This document shows positions 51,992-64,000 of a stretch of DNA of 64,000 bases, piece after piece. The stretch covers positions 2,976,001-3,040,000 of the forward strand of contig JBLDXI010000032.1 in assembly GCA_047495785.1 (NCBI GenBank). The letters run 5' to 3'. Under the pieces are notes generated by a model. It was not told the origin of the DNA and searched no databases. It was given only the letters and a program-made list of their open reading frames with translations. How positions within the stretch are numbered: the stretch's first letter is position 1; the number at the start of each line of letters is the position of its first letter. Position numbers and translations under genes: made by a program. Source of the stretch: Lepidodermella squamata (Eukaryota > Animalia > Gastrotricha).

Positions 51992-54368
51992 ATGATTTAC
52001 CTCGTCATTTTCGATACAATCGCCCTTGTGCTCGCCTTCATCGGCAACAGCCTAGCTTTGGAAGGCGTCGTCAAAGGCAGCATCAAGCTACAAGGCTATC
52101 GGCGATTTCTCATCAGTTTACTAGCCGCTTGTTTGTACACATGTTGCCTGAGAACGATTTCCCTAACCCGGCAGATAATTCTACTGATAACGGGCGAGGA
52201 GGATGAGAGCGTAGATTCGCCATCAGCAGCTGGCGGCGATGATCAAGCGGGCTCTCAATCGGACGAGTACGACTTCTCCTCGCTAAGATGCGTCTTTCAA
52301 ATTCAACGAAGTCTAGAAATGGCTGGTTTTATCGCGTTTTTACTCAACCTCGCCGGCATGTTTCTCGACCACTTTTTAGGAATTGTAAGAAATTTAAGGA
52401 GGATTTTTTTATTTTTTTATTACGATTTTTTCTGCAGATGTACCCTCACCGTTATAAAGAGCTGATGAACAAAACCGTGATAAAAAGTGCTGTTTACCTA
52501 ATTTGGCTGCTGGCCGTGATGATAGTTCTAGGCGATCATGCGTTATCATCTGCAATCATGCAAGGGACGAACAGCGAAAGTGGGACAGGCGAGAAGCTAG
52601 ACTCGAAGCTATTGCCTATACAATACGAAAATTGCACCCTGCACCTGAGGCGCAGTCAAGCCGACCTGCCTGCCCTACTCGGCCTCGGCGATCGAATGAA
52701 CAGCGTCGCGCCTATGACAGAGCAGCAAATTCATTCAATAATAAACAGGTAAGCAAATATTTTGACCGTTAACAAGTAAAAGGGGGTTTGCGAAATTTTT
52801 CGAATCGTGAGGTTTTGATACCGCTTTCAAGATCAACTAAAGAGGAATCAAACGATATCAAAAAGAGGTTGATAGTCACCAGGGTTGCTGAGGAAATGGG
52901 CTTCAAAGTTTACGGGGGAAAATTGTCAATTTCGAAAAATGCGCGCTTAAAAAATTAGTTTTTTATTGCATCAATTACGTAATAATTCGTCGCGCAATAA
53001 ATTCTAATGTCATTTTCTTATGCGCAGTCGAGATTTTTGGGGGTAATTTGAGGTGAGGAAAATAGCTAGATATGCAAAATTTTTGATTGAATCAACCTGA
53101 ATTTTCCACGTCATCCTAAATCGATGAGCTGGTACGGCGACAAAACAGCAACTTCGCAGAACATCGAATGCGACAAAACAGAATTTTTTTATTTCGCGAC
53201 AAAACAGCAAAAACTTACAATAAAAGATGCATCGTGTTTTTGCTGTTATGTCGCGTTTGCTTTTTTGGGTATTTGCTGTTATGACGGTCTGCCGATGAGC
53301 TTGGGGTCTCCCGACTTGTGAGTGGATGGGAGCCTCTTAGAGGTCTGAGGTCTGAATTTTGAAAATTCGAAATTCTCGTCAAAAACTGAGTAAGATCATC
53401 TTGGATTCCAGGAATAGTCCCTCTTCAATTCAATATGTTTTTGTCATTTGCTGGAAAATACAGAAAATACGCCAAACCCCACTTTACACTTGATGGCCAT
53501 TTAATTGACCTAAATAATCGACGAAATTTCTTTTTTTTTCCAGTTCACATTTTGTCGGAGCAAATGGGTCAGCATGCGCGTTGAATCTAACTATGGACAT
53601 GGTGTTGGACATATCTCTCAATTTAATGGATAGACTAGATACGGCCGAGTCCGTGCCTCAATCAAGGCCAGCCGCGTGGTGCTCCTATTTCGATCGGAGC
53701 GTTTACCTCTCACTAGAAATCATCGTCCTTCTGCTAATTGTCTTCGACATAATTTTCATGTTCACGTGTCACTTCGCGTTCAGTAAGGTCGTGCAACAAA
53801 AAACTGGGCGAGTTAGGGAGAAATTGCGCAAACTCAACATCAACACGTTCCTACTACTCGCTGGCTTCTTGATCTGTTGGATGCCGTTTATTTCCCACGA
53901 AATTTCAATGGTTTTAATGATCAAATTCATAGCGTTGAATTATTCCGGGGAGGGTGACCAAGGCATTTTCACACTCGGCAATTTCTTCATTCTACACAAA
54001 GTCCTTCACTCAATTTTCATGTTGTCATTACTTCTCGTCCCACTTGTATTTGTCTCAAGAATTGGAGCTGTCAAAAAGTACGTTTTACCGTCTAGACAAT
54101 GCTAATGGCTAATTAACCCGTCTCGTTATAATTAATTAGGTATTTAACGCTGAAATACGGCGGTGTTTTGGGCGAGCTTGTCAAACATTGTCGAAAAGAT
54201 CTCAACGAGACGAGCAATAAGAAGCGACAAACGATGAGCACACAGGACGACGTCAACGTCACCGGCGCTGTCGCACCCCTTATTCATCATGCAACCCAGG
54301 CTGCTGGACTAAATTTCATTATCAGCTTAGAGAACAGTGACGAAGTCATTCAGGCCACGCGAGTTTGA
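51992..54368 (+). CDS. Orphan GPCR (DHF family) 5
   Basis: FLDHFLGI|MYPHRY, CWMPF; acidic insertion in ECL1; 4 exons. Confidence 0.85.
53131..53293. mobile_element. Merlin-like MITE in GPCR5 intron
   Basis: GG-terminated imperfect TIRs (GGTACGGCGACAAAACAGCAA / TTGCTGTTATGACGGTCTGCC) with 8-bp TSD GATGAGCT (53123-53130, 53294-53301). Confidence 0.7.
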
Positions 54369-55293
54369 AGCCTATGTATATCAATGCGGCTGGGAGTTTG
54401 ATCAAATTCTAATAGTGTACATATTATAGCACACGGTTCTTTCACGCATGTCCCTGGCGGGCTGTTAGCAGGCAGGAACCGGTTATTTGCATTTTTTATA
54501 AAAATAATTTTGAGAAATTGCGGCTTTAGTATTAGCATAAAATGTGTATTATGAGATGCTGAAAAGGATAATAAAGAAAATGTTCTACTGCTTTAATGAA
54601 AGAATCTTATATACCTTTGGGTTGAAGTTTTTTAATTCTTCATTCTTCGTCACCTGCTTTTATTAGCTACTGAAATGCGAAATTGAGCCGTGTTTTACCG
54701 CCATGATGCTGAAAGAGTACAGGTAATATTTTAATTACTGTTTTTTTATTGTTCCCATTTTTTATCATGAAAATCGTAATAATTAATTGGCGAGGAATAT
54801 TTTTATTTTATTTTTATTTTTAAATTTTATTTCTACCAAGCTACCAGGGTTGCTGAAAGTGAGCAGAATTGAAAATAAAAAATGTCCCTTGGAAACAAAG
54901 TGAAAAATTGCTCCCGTGTACGCATTTTTGTTATGCGGATTCAGGGACATTTTTGAGAGTTACTCTGCGAAAAATTACTTTGCCTTGTTATAAAATCATA
55001 ATTATAATTATAAATAATAAATGAGATGGTTTAAGGGTTCTTATGAGGTCCGCCGGAAATATCAGTCACTCTTAATTTGTAATATCGAAGGTGATCGCCA
55101 TTCAACTTTATGGCCTGATTCTCTTCTGACGGAAGGGAAAATGCTCCTGAAAAATAATCCCATTCTTATAATGCATTTCCGTTTACGAGGTTGAACGTAC
55201 AAATTATGAAGCCTTGATTATAAGAAATCACAAACCCAGCATTTTATGGAGCACTAGAATGTCCCATAAGTTTGACTCCACTAATTTTATATA

Positions 55294-55399
55294 CAAGGTG
55301 TTCAAAAAATAATAGGTAGTTATAAATAGCTTTGCTACTTTTGGCACGCGATTCAGCGTTTTCGAGCTAAAAGCTGGATATTATTTAACGAACACCTTG
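55294..55399. mobile_element. Short Tc1/mariner MITE
   Basis: TA|CAAGGTGTTC ... GAACACCTTG|TA. Confidence 0.65.
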
Positions 55400-57092
55400 T
55401 ACTTGGTCAAAAATTAGGCCACATGACTGCGGTGGGTCTGAGGTTGGCCAGAATCGTGTCAAAAGTGATCTAATCACTGATCACTGAAGTAGAAATTACA
55501 GACTCTATGTCGGCTCTGTCTGTAATTTTGATCCTTCGGCGTCGACTCTATAGCGGAAGGACTAGTAGAAACTTCAAGAATTTGTCGGAACTGCTCATTC
55601 CCAATCAATTATATTATTGTATCGCAGACTTAATATTTTTGGTTTTCATTAGGCACCCCGCAGAAACCTTTTCACACCGTACTTCGTTATTTTGGAAGTT
55701 TGGCCAACTCCTAACAAAAAACCCTATGAGCGGGAAATATTTTAGGCGTTCTCCAAACTTTTATTTATTGCACACTCACACGCGCCTATTATGTAGTGCT
55801 CATTTTTTCTGCGTCTGGAAACAATTTATAAATGCCAGAGTCGGAATTTTCGGGGCAAAATCAATTCCTTGAAACAATACTCGCGGCTCACGCCAAGAAA
55901 AGCCACCACCTACTATATGACTGATTTCCCATAGCAATTTCTCGCGATTCATATCGATTTTGGTGCAGCTTGCATCTCATTTGTATAGAAGCAAAGGGAC
56001 CTTCGCGTAAATAACAATTGAATAACGATATAATATCGTAAGGCAGATGAATTTTATTATAGACAAAACTAGAATGTGCGCTCAGTGGTAATTTGTCGTA
56101 GCGCTCGCTCCATTAACCATATGAACATGTGCGTGAGTATGCAAAGCTAAAAATGCGAGAAGTGCGACCTATTGTTTTCGATGATATGAAAAATGACCCC
56201 GTCCTAAGCTGATTACTATCGCTGATTACCAAATACGACAAATAATACGCCCGTGCCAAAAAAAATACTTGATAGAACTATTCGGAAGTCTGCAAGATCC
56301 GAGCACTCGAATTCTAGTCTGAAATCAGTGCGACCGTTCCGCTTTGTATCTCTGTTAACCCCCGTATACAAGATCGGCGTTAATGCAATTGATTATTATT
56401 TCTCCCATGAGGCTGCTTTTCGCTAACCGGGCGTGAGAAACGCATGTCTCTCCCCCCGATATCATAGCAAGGCATTTTCTTCTGTGCTGATTTTTTTTGT
56501 CAAGTATTCAAAACACTCGAAAAGTGGGAAACTAGTCTATAGTGACGCGTGCTTCGTGCTCATCTTCCATCATTCATCATAATAGCGGGGTAGGTGGACC
56601 GCGGCAGGAAATAGAAGCAATACGAGTCGCAGTTCTTATGCTTACGTAAAGCGAGCTGATTCACGCGATCGATAGCTCGCCAATACTTCCTTTTTGCTAT
56701 ATGAGACTTTTAGTATAGGACGTTTTTCCTAAAAATCGCTTTAATATTACAGAGCCGGTGCGGTGCATCTAATATTTAGACTCACTTTCGTCTCACTGCC
56801 GTACATTTTACGGCACAAAGCGCTATATAACAAATACACTGCTCCTATCTACTATATACATGAAAAAATTCGGATTATCTGGCTAAATTAGCAGGCAGGC
56901 CGTGTGTTTTAGGATTGATCAAGCTTTTACGGAAATTACTCCCCTCGTATTTAATGTCTGATTCGCCTAGGGCGAGACAACTTTACAATCAAGTTTTTCG
57001 CATTTCCTGTAAATGAGATTTGTTTATATATCTTCCGGGGACTTAGCTTAGATACCTGAAATGTAGACACTTTTATCAGTTTCCATTTTAAA

Positions 57093-59322
57093 ATGTACCC
57101 TTTTATCTCTGATGGGCAACAAACTAGGATGGCGTTTTACTTTGTCTTCGACTCAATCGCGCTGATACTAGCGATTGTGTTGAACTGCATCGCCATGGAC
57201 GGAGTAATTAACAGCAATATCACACTGGTTGGATATCGGCGTTTCCTAATCAGCCTGCTCGTTTCCGATATTTACATATGCCTCGTCAAGGCCATGTTCT
57301 TCATACGGCAGGCTGCTTCTTACCTAACAGACATCGATCCTCAGCTGAATAAATGCTTCTATAAAATGGAGCGAAGTTTAGAGATGACCGGTTTTATCGC
57401 TTTCATGCTCAATTTATCCGGAATGTTTTTCGACCACTTCATCGGCCTAGTTTACCCGATAAGATACCGGCAAGTTATGAACACCCATCTCGCGAGGAGT
57501 TTCGTTTTCATCATCTGGGCTGTTGCGTTGATGATAGGCCTAGCTGATCACCCTATATCGACTAGTATTGAATACTTGCTTGAGCCTCCGGTGGAAAAGG
57601 TGAAAACGATACCGACTTTTCCTACTTCTTCACTTATCAACTGCTCTTCCTACATCCAACCTCCTCCAGTTGGCCCTGTTTCCGATGAAGAAGAATCCGA
57701 GGAACTTGATGATTCACCTCAGCTTACGTCGGAAAAAGCGTAATTTAAACTAAATTAATTAATTTAAATTAATTTAATTTAAAAATTAAACGTTCGCCAA
57801 AAAAAAAACGAAAAATGTTGCCTTTAGTTGGCAAGTTAATTTCTCATCTCCCTGAAAATGTTTACCATTTTCCTGTTGATAAAAGATTTTTTAATTTAGA
57901 ACACTTTTGCTCTTATTTTGGACAAAAGCATGTATTTTTGTCGATCACGGGACCCCGCGATCTTTCGGGGACATTAGATTTTTTATATAAACTATAAGCT
58001 ATAGGCTTAAATATAAGCTATAAGCTGAGATATAAGCCTATTTAAATTAAAAACAAAATCCTTGATCAACCGTGATTTATCCTTGTTCTTGGAAATCCTT
58101 ACTGTATCATCAAACATAATGCGGAAATTTGAAATTTTTGAATTAAAATTTAATTTGCCACTAATTTATTATCCTCATCTTTTTTCAGATTGATTACTGT
58201 AACAGAGAACTCAGTTCGATTTTCTTCGGAAGCGTCTTATGCACGAATGCAATCAAACAACAGCGCAACTCTTCCTACGATGAAAAACACCTCAGTTGGT
58301 GTCATGACCCCGGGCGGGTGTAACGGCGCGGCGATGAAGAGCGTCCTCGACGCCTTCATGTCGTTCATCGACGACGATTCGCAAGCGACAAAGCCAATTC
58401 ACCCTAGCAGCTTGCTCAACTGGTGTTCGTACTACGACGGTGACGCTACTCAAGTGATGCTGAACTGGGTCGTCATCGCCCTAGCCCTGGGCACTGTCAT
58501 TTTCATGACTATTTGCAACGCAGTTTTCAGCCATAAAATTCGCAAAAATCCCAGTGTGGGCAAATCCGAATCGAGGACGAGGCATAAAATGCGGAAATTA
58601 GTTGTGACCACCTTGCTTCTGCTTGGATTATTTTCCATTTGGTAGGTTATTTTCAAATGAAAATTAAAAATATTCACTTTTCTGAAAATTTTTGGAATTC
58701 ACTAGAAATCCCAAAAATTCCAAAAAATCAAAATAAATTACAGTTAAATTCTCCGCTATTTTCTGCAAGAGACTTACTTTTTTAGATCATTTGTTTAGAA
58801 TTTTTCGAAAATATAAAAGTCGAAAATGGCACTTATCATAATTGTGCCATTTTTTTGGTTTCGCAACAGGCAAATTTGGTTCCGCTGATTTTAAATTAAT
58901 TTAAAAATTCTCTGAAATTTCGTTTTAAATTTTAGCTGGCTACCATTTGTGGGCTATGAGATAGCCATGTACGTGTTTTACCAATCGAAACAAGCTTCGG
59001 GAAATGCTGGTCAGAATCTATCACTCGATGCCCACATGCTTGTCCACGATATCCTATACGCTATGTTTATGTGCTCACCTCTCGTCGCGCCATTTGTCTT
59101 TGTCTTCAGAATTTCTGCTGTTAAAAAGTGAGATAAAAAATTATTAAGGTGGAATTTTTTTAATATTTTTTTGATTATTTTAGGAGCCTAATCAAACGCC
59201 ACATGAAGCTGAAGTGGTTGAATAACTTCGGTTCTGAAGTGGCTGATCCCGAGCTCGCCGATCAAATGTTAATGCCAACAACGAATAATATTCGGGATGG
59301 AGGTTCAGCGCTGCCACCTTGA
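57093..59322 (+). CDS. Orphan GPCR (DHF family) 6
   Basis: LLVSD (TM2), FFDHFIGLVYPIRY, C|WLPF, SPLVAPFVF; 4 exons; start may be 57129. Confidence 0.85.
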
Positions 59323-60841
59323 TGCATTGTTTACCGTTATGTCTATTGCGCGTATAACTCAAAACAATCCGGTTGAGAATCTGCAAAAGTTCTCGCTTCC
59401 GCCTGTTCTATATGATTTGTTTACGAACGTCTCTCAAAGTTTCATATCAGGCGTCTACTTTTATACACTTTTTCGCCATGATCTCGCCATAAATGCATCG
59501 AGCGTTCTGTTATTTTCTGCTTTCTATAATACGAATAAGAAATGGAAAATAAAGCTGGCTTTTGAACGCAACAAAAGCATGCACTATAATAATGTTATTT
59601 ACTATTTTTTGTGCCGAGGTAATGAGGCTTCTTTCATGGCCTTAATGCAATCAAGCGAAGGCGAGACGAAGCCAGCCACCTGGAATAACATACATTTCCC
59701 AGTACCGAACGATCGTAGAAAAAAACTACAGAGTGATAATTTAATTCTCATTAGTTGCGGAAATGTCTCGCTCTGGCCGGAAATTTGCGCCGAAACTAAC
59801 TCGACCGGAAACTTTGGCTTGTTTTTTGTCGATTGTAGGCGCACAATTCGATTGACCTAGAAAAAATGCGCTAACTGAATTATCGCAATTTTGTTTATCA
59901 ATTTTCTCGTCCTATGTTGATTCGAAATCAATATTCGTTTAAGGTCAGGTTCGCCGTATGTGGCTACCACTCACGTCCCAGTATTCCCAGCTGTTGCTTT
60001 TCGTTCTCATTTTCTCGCGGTGTCGATGGATATTGAATTTTGAGCTATCATGCTGTGTATTGAATTCTCGGTAATTGCCGTTTTTCATTAATATTTACTT
60101 CAACATTTAAATCGACTGATAAGCGCAAAGTCACTGTATGACCCTAGGCATTCGGCAATTTCCATGCGCATTGAACCGTAATATCACATAAAAAGGCGCG
60201 TTATAGCATAAAAAATAACCCCAATTATTGCTTCATTCTTGAAACTGACGCCCTAATTTTCCGCATAGACGTTTCGCTTCATTTTCGGGTGTGTGATCGA
60301 GCACCGTTTTTCACTGTATATTGGTTACGTTTTATTATTTAACGCTCAAAAATCAATCTCGCCGGAAATCAAGTGCAAGGGCTAAAAATGAAGCAGCATG
60401 TTATGTACATCTGTAATCTCTTATCACCATGATTTAGGATCATGTCTATGGTTATCACGTAACAGTGAAACTAGAAACTTTCTCTGTTGAACACGTTCCG
60501 AGGCACGCGCTTACATTTCTCTCTCCAAGAAACTTCTGTGCCTCGAATGTTTGGGAAATGCATAGTCGTTCAAGACAAGGTAATTATAAGTTAAAAGCAT
60601 GGGCCAGTGCAAAAAAGTTGAAATTCCGCACCTGTTGATGGCATATTGTACCATTGTGGACATGATTGTAACTCAAAACCCTCGCTGCCTGTTTACCTGA
60701 GAATAAGCTTTATTAATTTACCTTGCCACTTGGGAGATTCCTTATGAGCTTAGCCTGTCTTTCCCATTTCGCTACCACTTGGGAACTTCGTTTTTTGTCT
60801 GTTGCTGTTTTGTCGCGTTTGCTGTTTTGGGTATTTGCTGT

Positions 60842-62789
60842 CAGAGATTTATCCAGCCATCCCCTACCCATCCCCTGGACATCCCCTCAAATCGAGCGGT
60901 CATCCCCTAAATATTAGACAGTAATAGTATTGTGCGCTTCATGACTGATCCCGTAGGGGCGGCAGCCCCCCCCCCCCCCTAACTTACTGGGGAATTTGGC
61001 TCAGAGCCGCGCCGATCGGGCTATCAAATTTGCCCCTACAGCGTCACTTGTGATGGAAGATCACAGACGGACCTGGCAGCGGATTCATCATGTAGCCAAA
61101 GTGGGACCAACTTAACCACCCGCCGTCACCACTTAGACCCAGAACCCGCCCCTTGGGACCAAAACTATCCCGTCCTTAAAAATTTTCCCAAATTTAGAGT
61201 GGATGAGCAACTAGGATTTCGTTAGAAATCCCAGTTACCCCCCGACCCGTCTTGAAATTGCATAGCAATTTCCCATGAAACTTTCGTTTCAGCCATCCGA
61301 GGGCCGGCGCGAAGGACAATCCTTCGAGTTCGCGGTGTGCTCGCCACCACAATTGCAGCAACGAACACCCCGCATGCAAGTCTTCACGTCGTGTTTGCGA
61401 CCACATCGTAAGCATCGCGTCTCATCAGAGCAGTTTCGAGCCAGGTGGCCATATCGCTGGCAGTTGAAACATTGAACAACATCAGATTGCTTGACAATAA
61501 ACCATCGGAATCGTAACATGAACGGCTTGCAAATCAGGCCGTTTTTCACGCAATTTTCAGCAAGATCGTAGTCGTTGAGCTCGAACATAGCTTGTTTGCC
61601 GCGTAGTTCGACCATCTTATTCATCTTGTCGCCAAAGGCAGCCTTAATCGCAGTCGTTGATACAGCATCGGTGTCGAAGTTGGTCAACACAATTCGGTAT
61701 TTCGGCTTAGCAGTTTGAATGATTTTCGCACCAGGAATCTTTTCCAGACATCGGATCTGAGCCGCCTGTTCGCTCGAATCGAGACGAATAGACAGCCCAT
61801 CTGCTGTTGGTTTACAGCTCTTGAAGCTGGCGTTCGGTGCCGAAGCCACGATTTTAGACCAGAGTTGTTTTCGGTCGCAGTTCGGATTCGTTTGGAGTAG
61901 AACAGTAGTTTCGCTTGATTTCTTAGGCGGTAGGATTGGCTTAACACGTTTTTCAACGATCGGTTCGGTTTCGGTTGACTTATTCATTTTCACAGGTTGT
62001 TGTCGGGTCTGTGTACCCATCTCTTCAGTCGTTGGCTTATCTTCGTCGTATACCGGCTCGTTCAAAGTCAATTGGTTGCCCCGTATGTCCATTTCGTGGA
62101 GCAATCTAATCAGAAGATCATTTCTTTCGGGTTTGTATTCATTTGAAGCAGCGATCTCGTCGATGATTCGAAGCACCCCATTGATGCCAGCGATGCCGAT
62201 ATCTTGGAGGACGCCTTCATGAATTTCTTCATTAAAGATCGAATTGTACAATCTTGAGCCAAAACCACCAAAACCACCCGGAGAAATCGGAAAATTCATC
62301 TTCTTTTTGTCAGAGCTTGTCGAAGGCCGTGGTGTAGCCATGCCACGTGGTTAGATTGATGAATTAGATAAGGGGCGGCAGCCTTAATAGAACTTACCGC
62401 AGCCTATGAATTTAGGTATTTTCTTTAGTCGACCTTCTCGAAACAGTTTAAACAGCACTGTTATGTTAATTTGCATATTCGAATTTAGCGTGTGACTACG
62501 ATAATGAGCGCGCGCACTAATGCTGGTTGCGTAACCGGTATTGCGTGCCGATTTTGAGCGACAAATTTGAGCGCGCACACCGCATACTCGAATAAAAAGC
62601 CGCACAACATGAAGAAAAGTGAAATAGCGCACAATTTCTCTCAAAAAATAATGTAATATAATAGGAATATAGGGGCAAAAAGTGAATATCCGCGAGCGAG
62701 CGTAGCGAGCGAGCGCCATATTTTATAACCTCCAAAACCCCTCAATTTTGTAACCCATCCCCTCAGACAAAAAGCTGGATAAACCCCTG
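60842..62789. mobile_element. hAT-like non-autonomous element carrying a gag/ORF1-like gene
   Basis: TIRs CAGAGATTTATCCAGC / GCTGGATAAACCCCTG, 8-bp TSD TTTGCTGT (60834-60841, 62790-62797), subterminal CATCCCCT repeats; the empty target is seen in a paralogous repeat at 53267-53293. Confidence 0.85.
61289..62341 (-). CDS. Gag/ORF1-like nucleic-acid-binding protein with three CCHC knuckles (I/Jockey-type non-LTR ORF1)
   Basis: Intronless 350-aa ORF ending CFNCQRYGHLARNC-CLRCGRKHDVKTC-CCNCGGEHTANSKDC; no RT/endonuclease ORF follows. Confidence 0.85.
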   Translation of the reverse strand: MATPRPSTSSDKKKMNFPISPGGFGGFGSRLYNSIFNEEIHEGVLQDIGIAGINGVLRIIDEIAASNEYKPERNDLLIRLLHEMDIRGNQLTLNEPVYDEDKPTTEEMGTQTRQQPVKMNKSTETEPIVEKRVKPILPPKKSSETTVLLQTNPNCDRKQLWSKIVASAPNASFKSCKPTADGLSIRLDSSEQAAQIRCLEKIPGAKIIQTAKPKYRIVLTNFDTDAVSTTAIKAAFGDKMNKMVELRGKQAMFELNDYDLAENCVKNGLICKPFMLRFRWFIVKQSDVVQCFNCQRYGHLARNCSDETRCLRCGRKHDVKTCMRGVRCCNCGGEHTANSKDCPSRRPSDG

Positions 62790-64000
62790 TTTGCTGTTAT
62801 GACGGTTTGCCCCCTTTACCTCAGGAGCAGGGTTCGAAAGAAAAGTGCAATTTTCGTTTCGCAACAATGAACGACCCGATGAGAGACAAATTTGTACCTG
62901 GATTTAGAAACATTGGCGCGCAAGAATCACCCATTCAAATGTTTTCAAGGTTCTAAATTTGCAATTTTCTTACGGTCACAATCCTAGAAGTCGGTGATTT
63001 TCTGGACATTTTACCCGCATTTTATTGGGTACAGCTTTCCAAAAACAATGTACATCCAATGCTAACATCCAAGGAGTAGTTGGAATGACTTTTTGGAATC
63101 TTTTCATAATGCTTTTTAGACTAAGTTGTTGACTTCTTATCACGTTCAATTATCGTCAGCATAATAATTTGAAATCTCAATGGGATAAAAAGTGACAAGT
63201 CAGTTCCTGAATGCAATAAAAATAGTCACATTTCCTGCACTTTGTCTATGTCCTATCATCTAGCCTTTAGCATGCCCAAGTTCTTATATTGGGCAGGAAC
63301 ATTTTTTATTCCTTAGAGACACGTGACGACACCTTTGAAAATGTGAAAATGGCAGCGTTTCGCGAGTGTCATTTCATACTATTCCATCTCCCATCATAAC
63401 AACAACCTGCAAAGCTCTTAGTCACGGTTCAGTAAACAGCAATCGATCTTCCAGACATGTTTATAGCATAAAGCTGAACCCATCATTTTGTAGCTTGCCT
63501 CGAAATGTCGTGTTTTTTGCTAAAATTGTTTTTCCAACAGGAAATGCCTGCTTGCTTTCCTAAAAGCAGGTTACTGCTAAATCACATCTACGGTGACATT
63601 TTCGTCATTCTTGCTTTTCTTAATTACTTTTTTGTAATTTATATCTATTTCAAGTTAGCATTTAATATATAAAAAATCGCTAATCTCGACCGCGTTTACA
63701 ATCAGCGAGGAAAACACGGGTATTATATCGTATTCCCAGCCTGGAATAGATTGTCTTTTAGTTAAAAATCGCTAGGATTTGCCGATATTTTGCACTGAAA
63801 CGGATTACCGACATCGCGCGAGGGACAGTGAAACGAACATAAAAACGCACTTTATCTAGCTAATCAAAGCTTAAATTCCCCTTTCTTTGAAAATCGAAGG
63901 TTTTGACTCGTACTGTGCCCGAGTTCTCGGTAGCCATCACTTTCCATTATAAGAAGTCGCTTTGACCCTATTGTTTGATCGGTTTTTATTTGCTTCTACC

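Noticed and set aside
59297-59860. 187-aa ORF
   Set aside because: Overlaps the GPCR6 stop and 3' UTR in another frame; no domain features.

Overview
Compact animal (invertebrate) genomic DNA with many short (~45-60 nt) spliceosomal introns, so the ORF track shows only exon fragments; gene models below were assembled by hand. Left to right: the 5' part of an SLC7 amino-acid transporter; a divergent nuclear receptor (not visible in the ORF track); a tandem array of 7 orphan Cys-loop ligand-gated channel subunits (7.5-22.6 kb); three paralogous small secreted proteins of an unrecognised family; a secreted LDLa-only protein; two FIH/HIF1AN paralogs that both carry an N-terminal signal-peptide-like leader and flank a variant U1 snRNA plus tRNA-iMet and tRNA-Leu; a tandem array of 6 intact and 2 decayed rhodopsin-class orphan GPCRs with a DHF motif and very large ECL2 (35-59 kb); many MITEs; and a 1.95-kb hAT-like element (TIRs, 8-bp TSD, empty site elsewhere in the window) whose only ORF is a retrotransposon Gag/ORF1-like zinc-knuckle protein. 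Best novelty candidates: secretory-pathway FIH duplicates, the gag-carrying DNA transposon, the probable chemosensory channel/GPCR arrays, the new secreted peptide family and the variant U1. The organism cannot be identified from the sequence alone.
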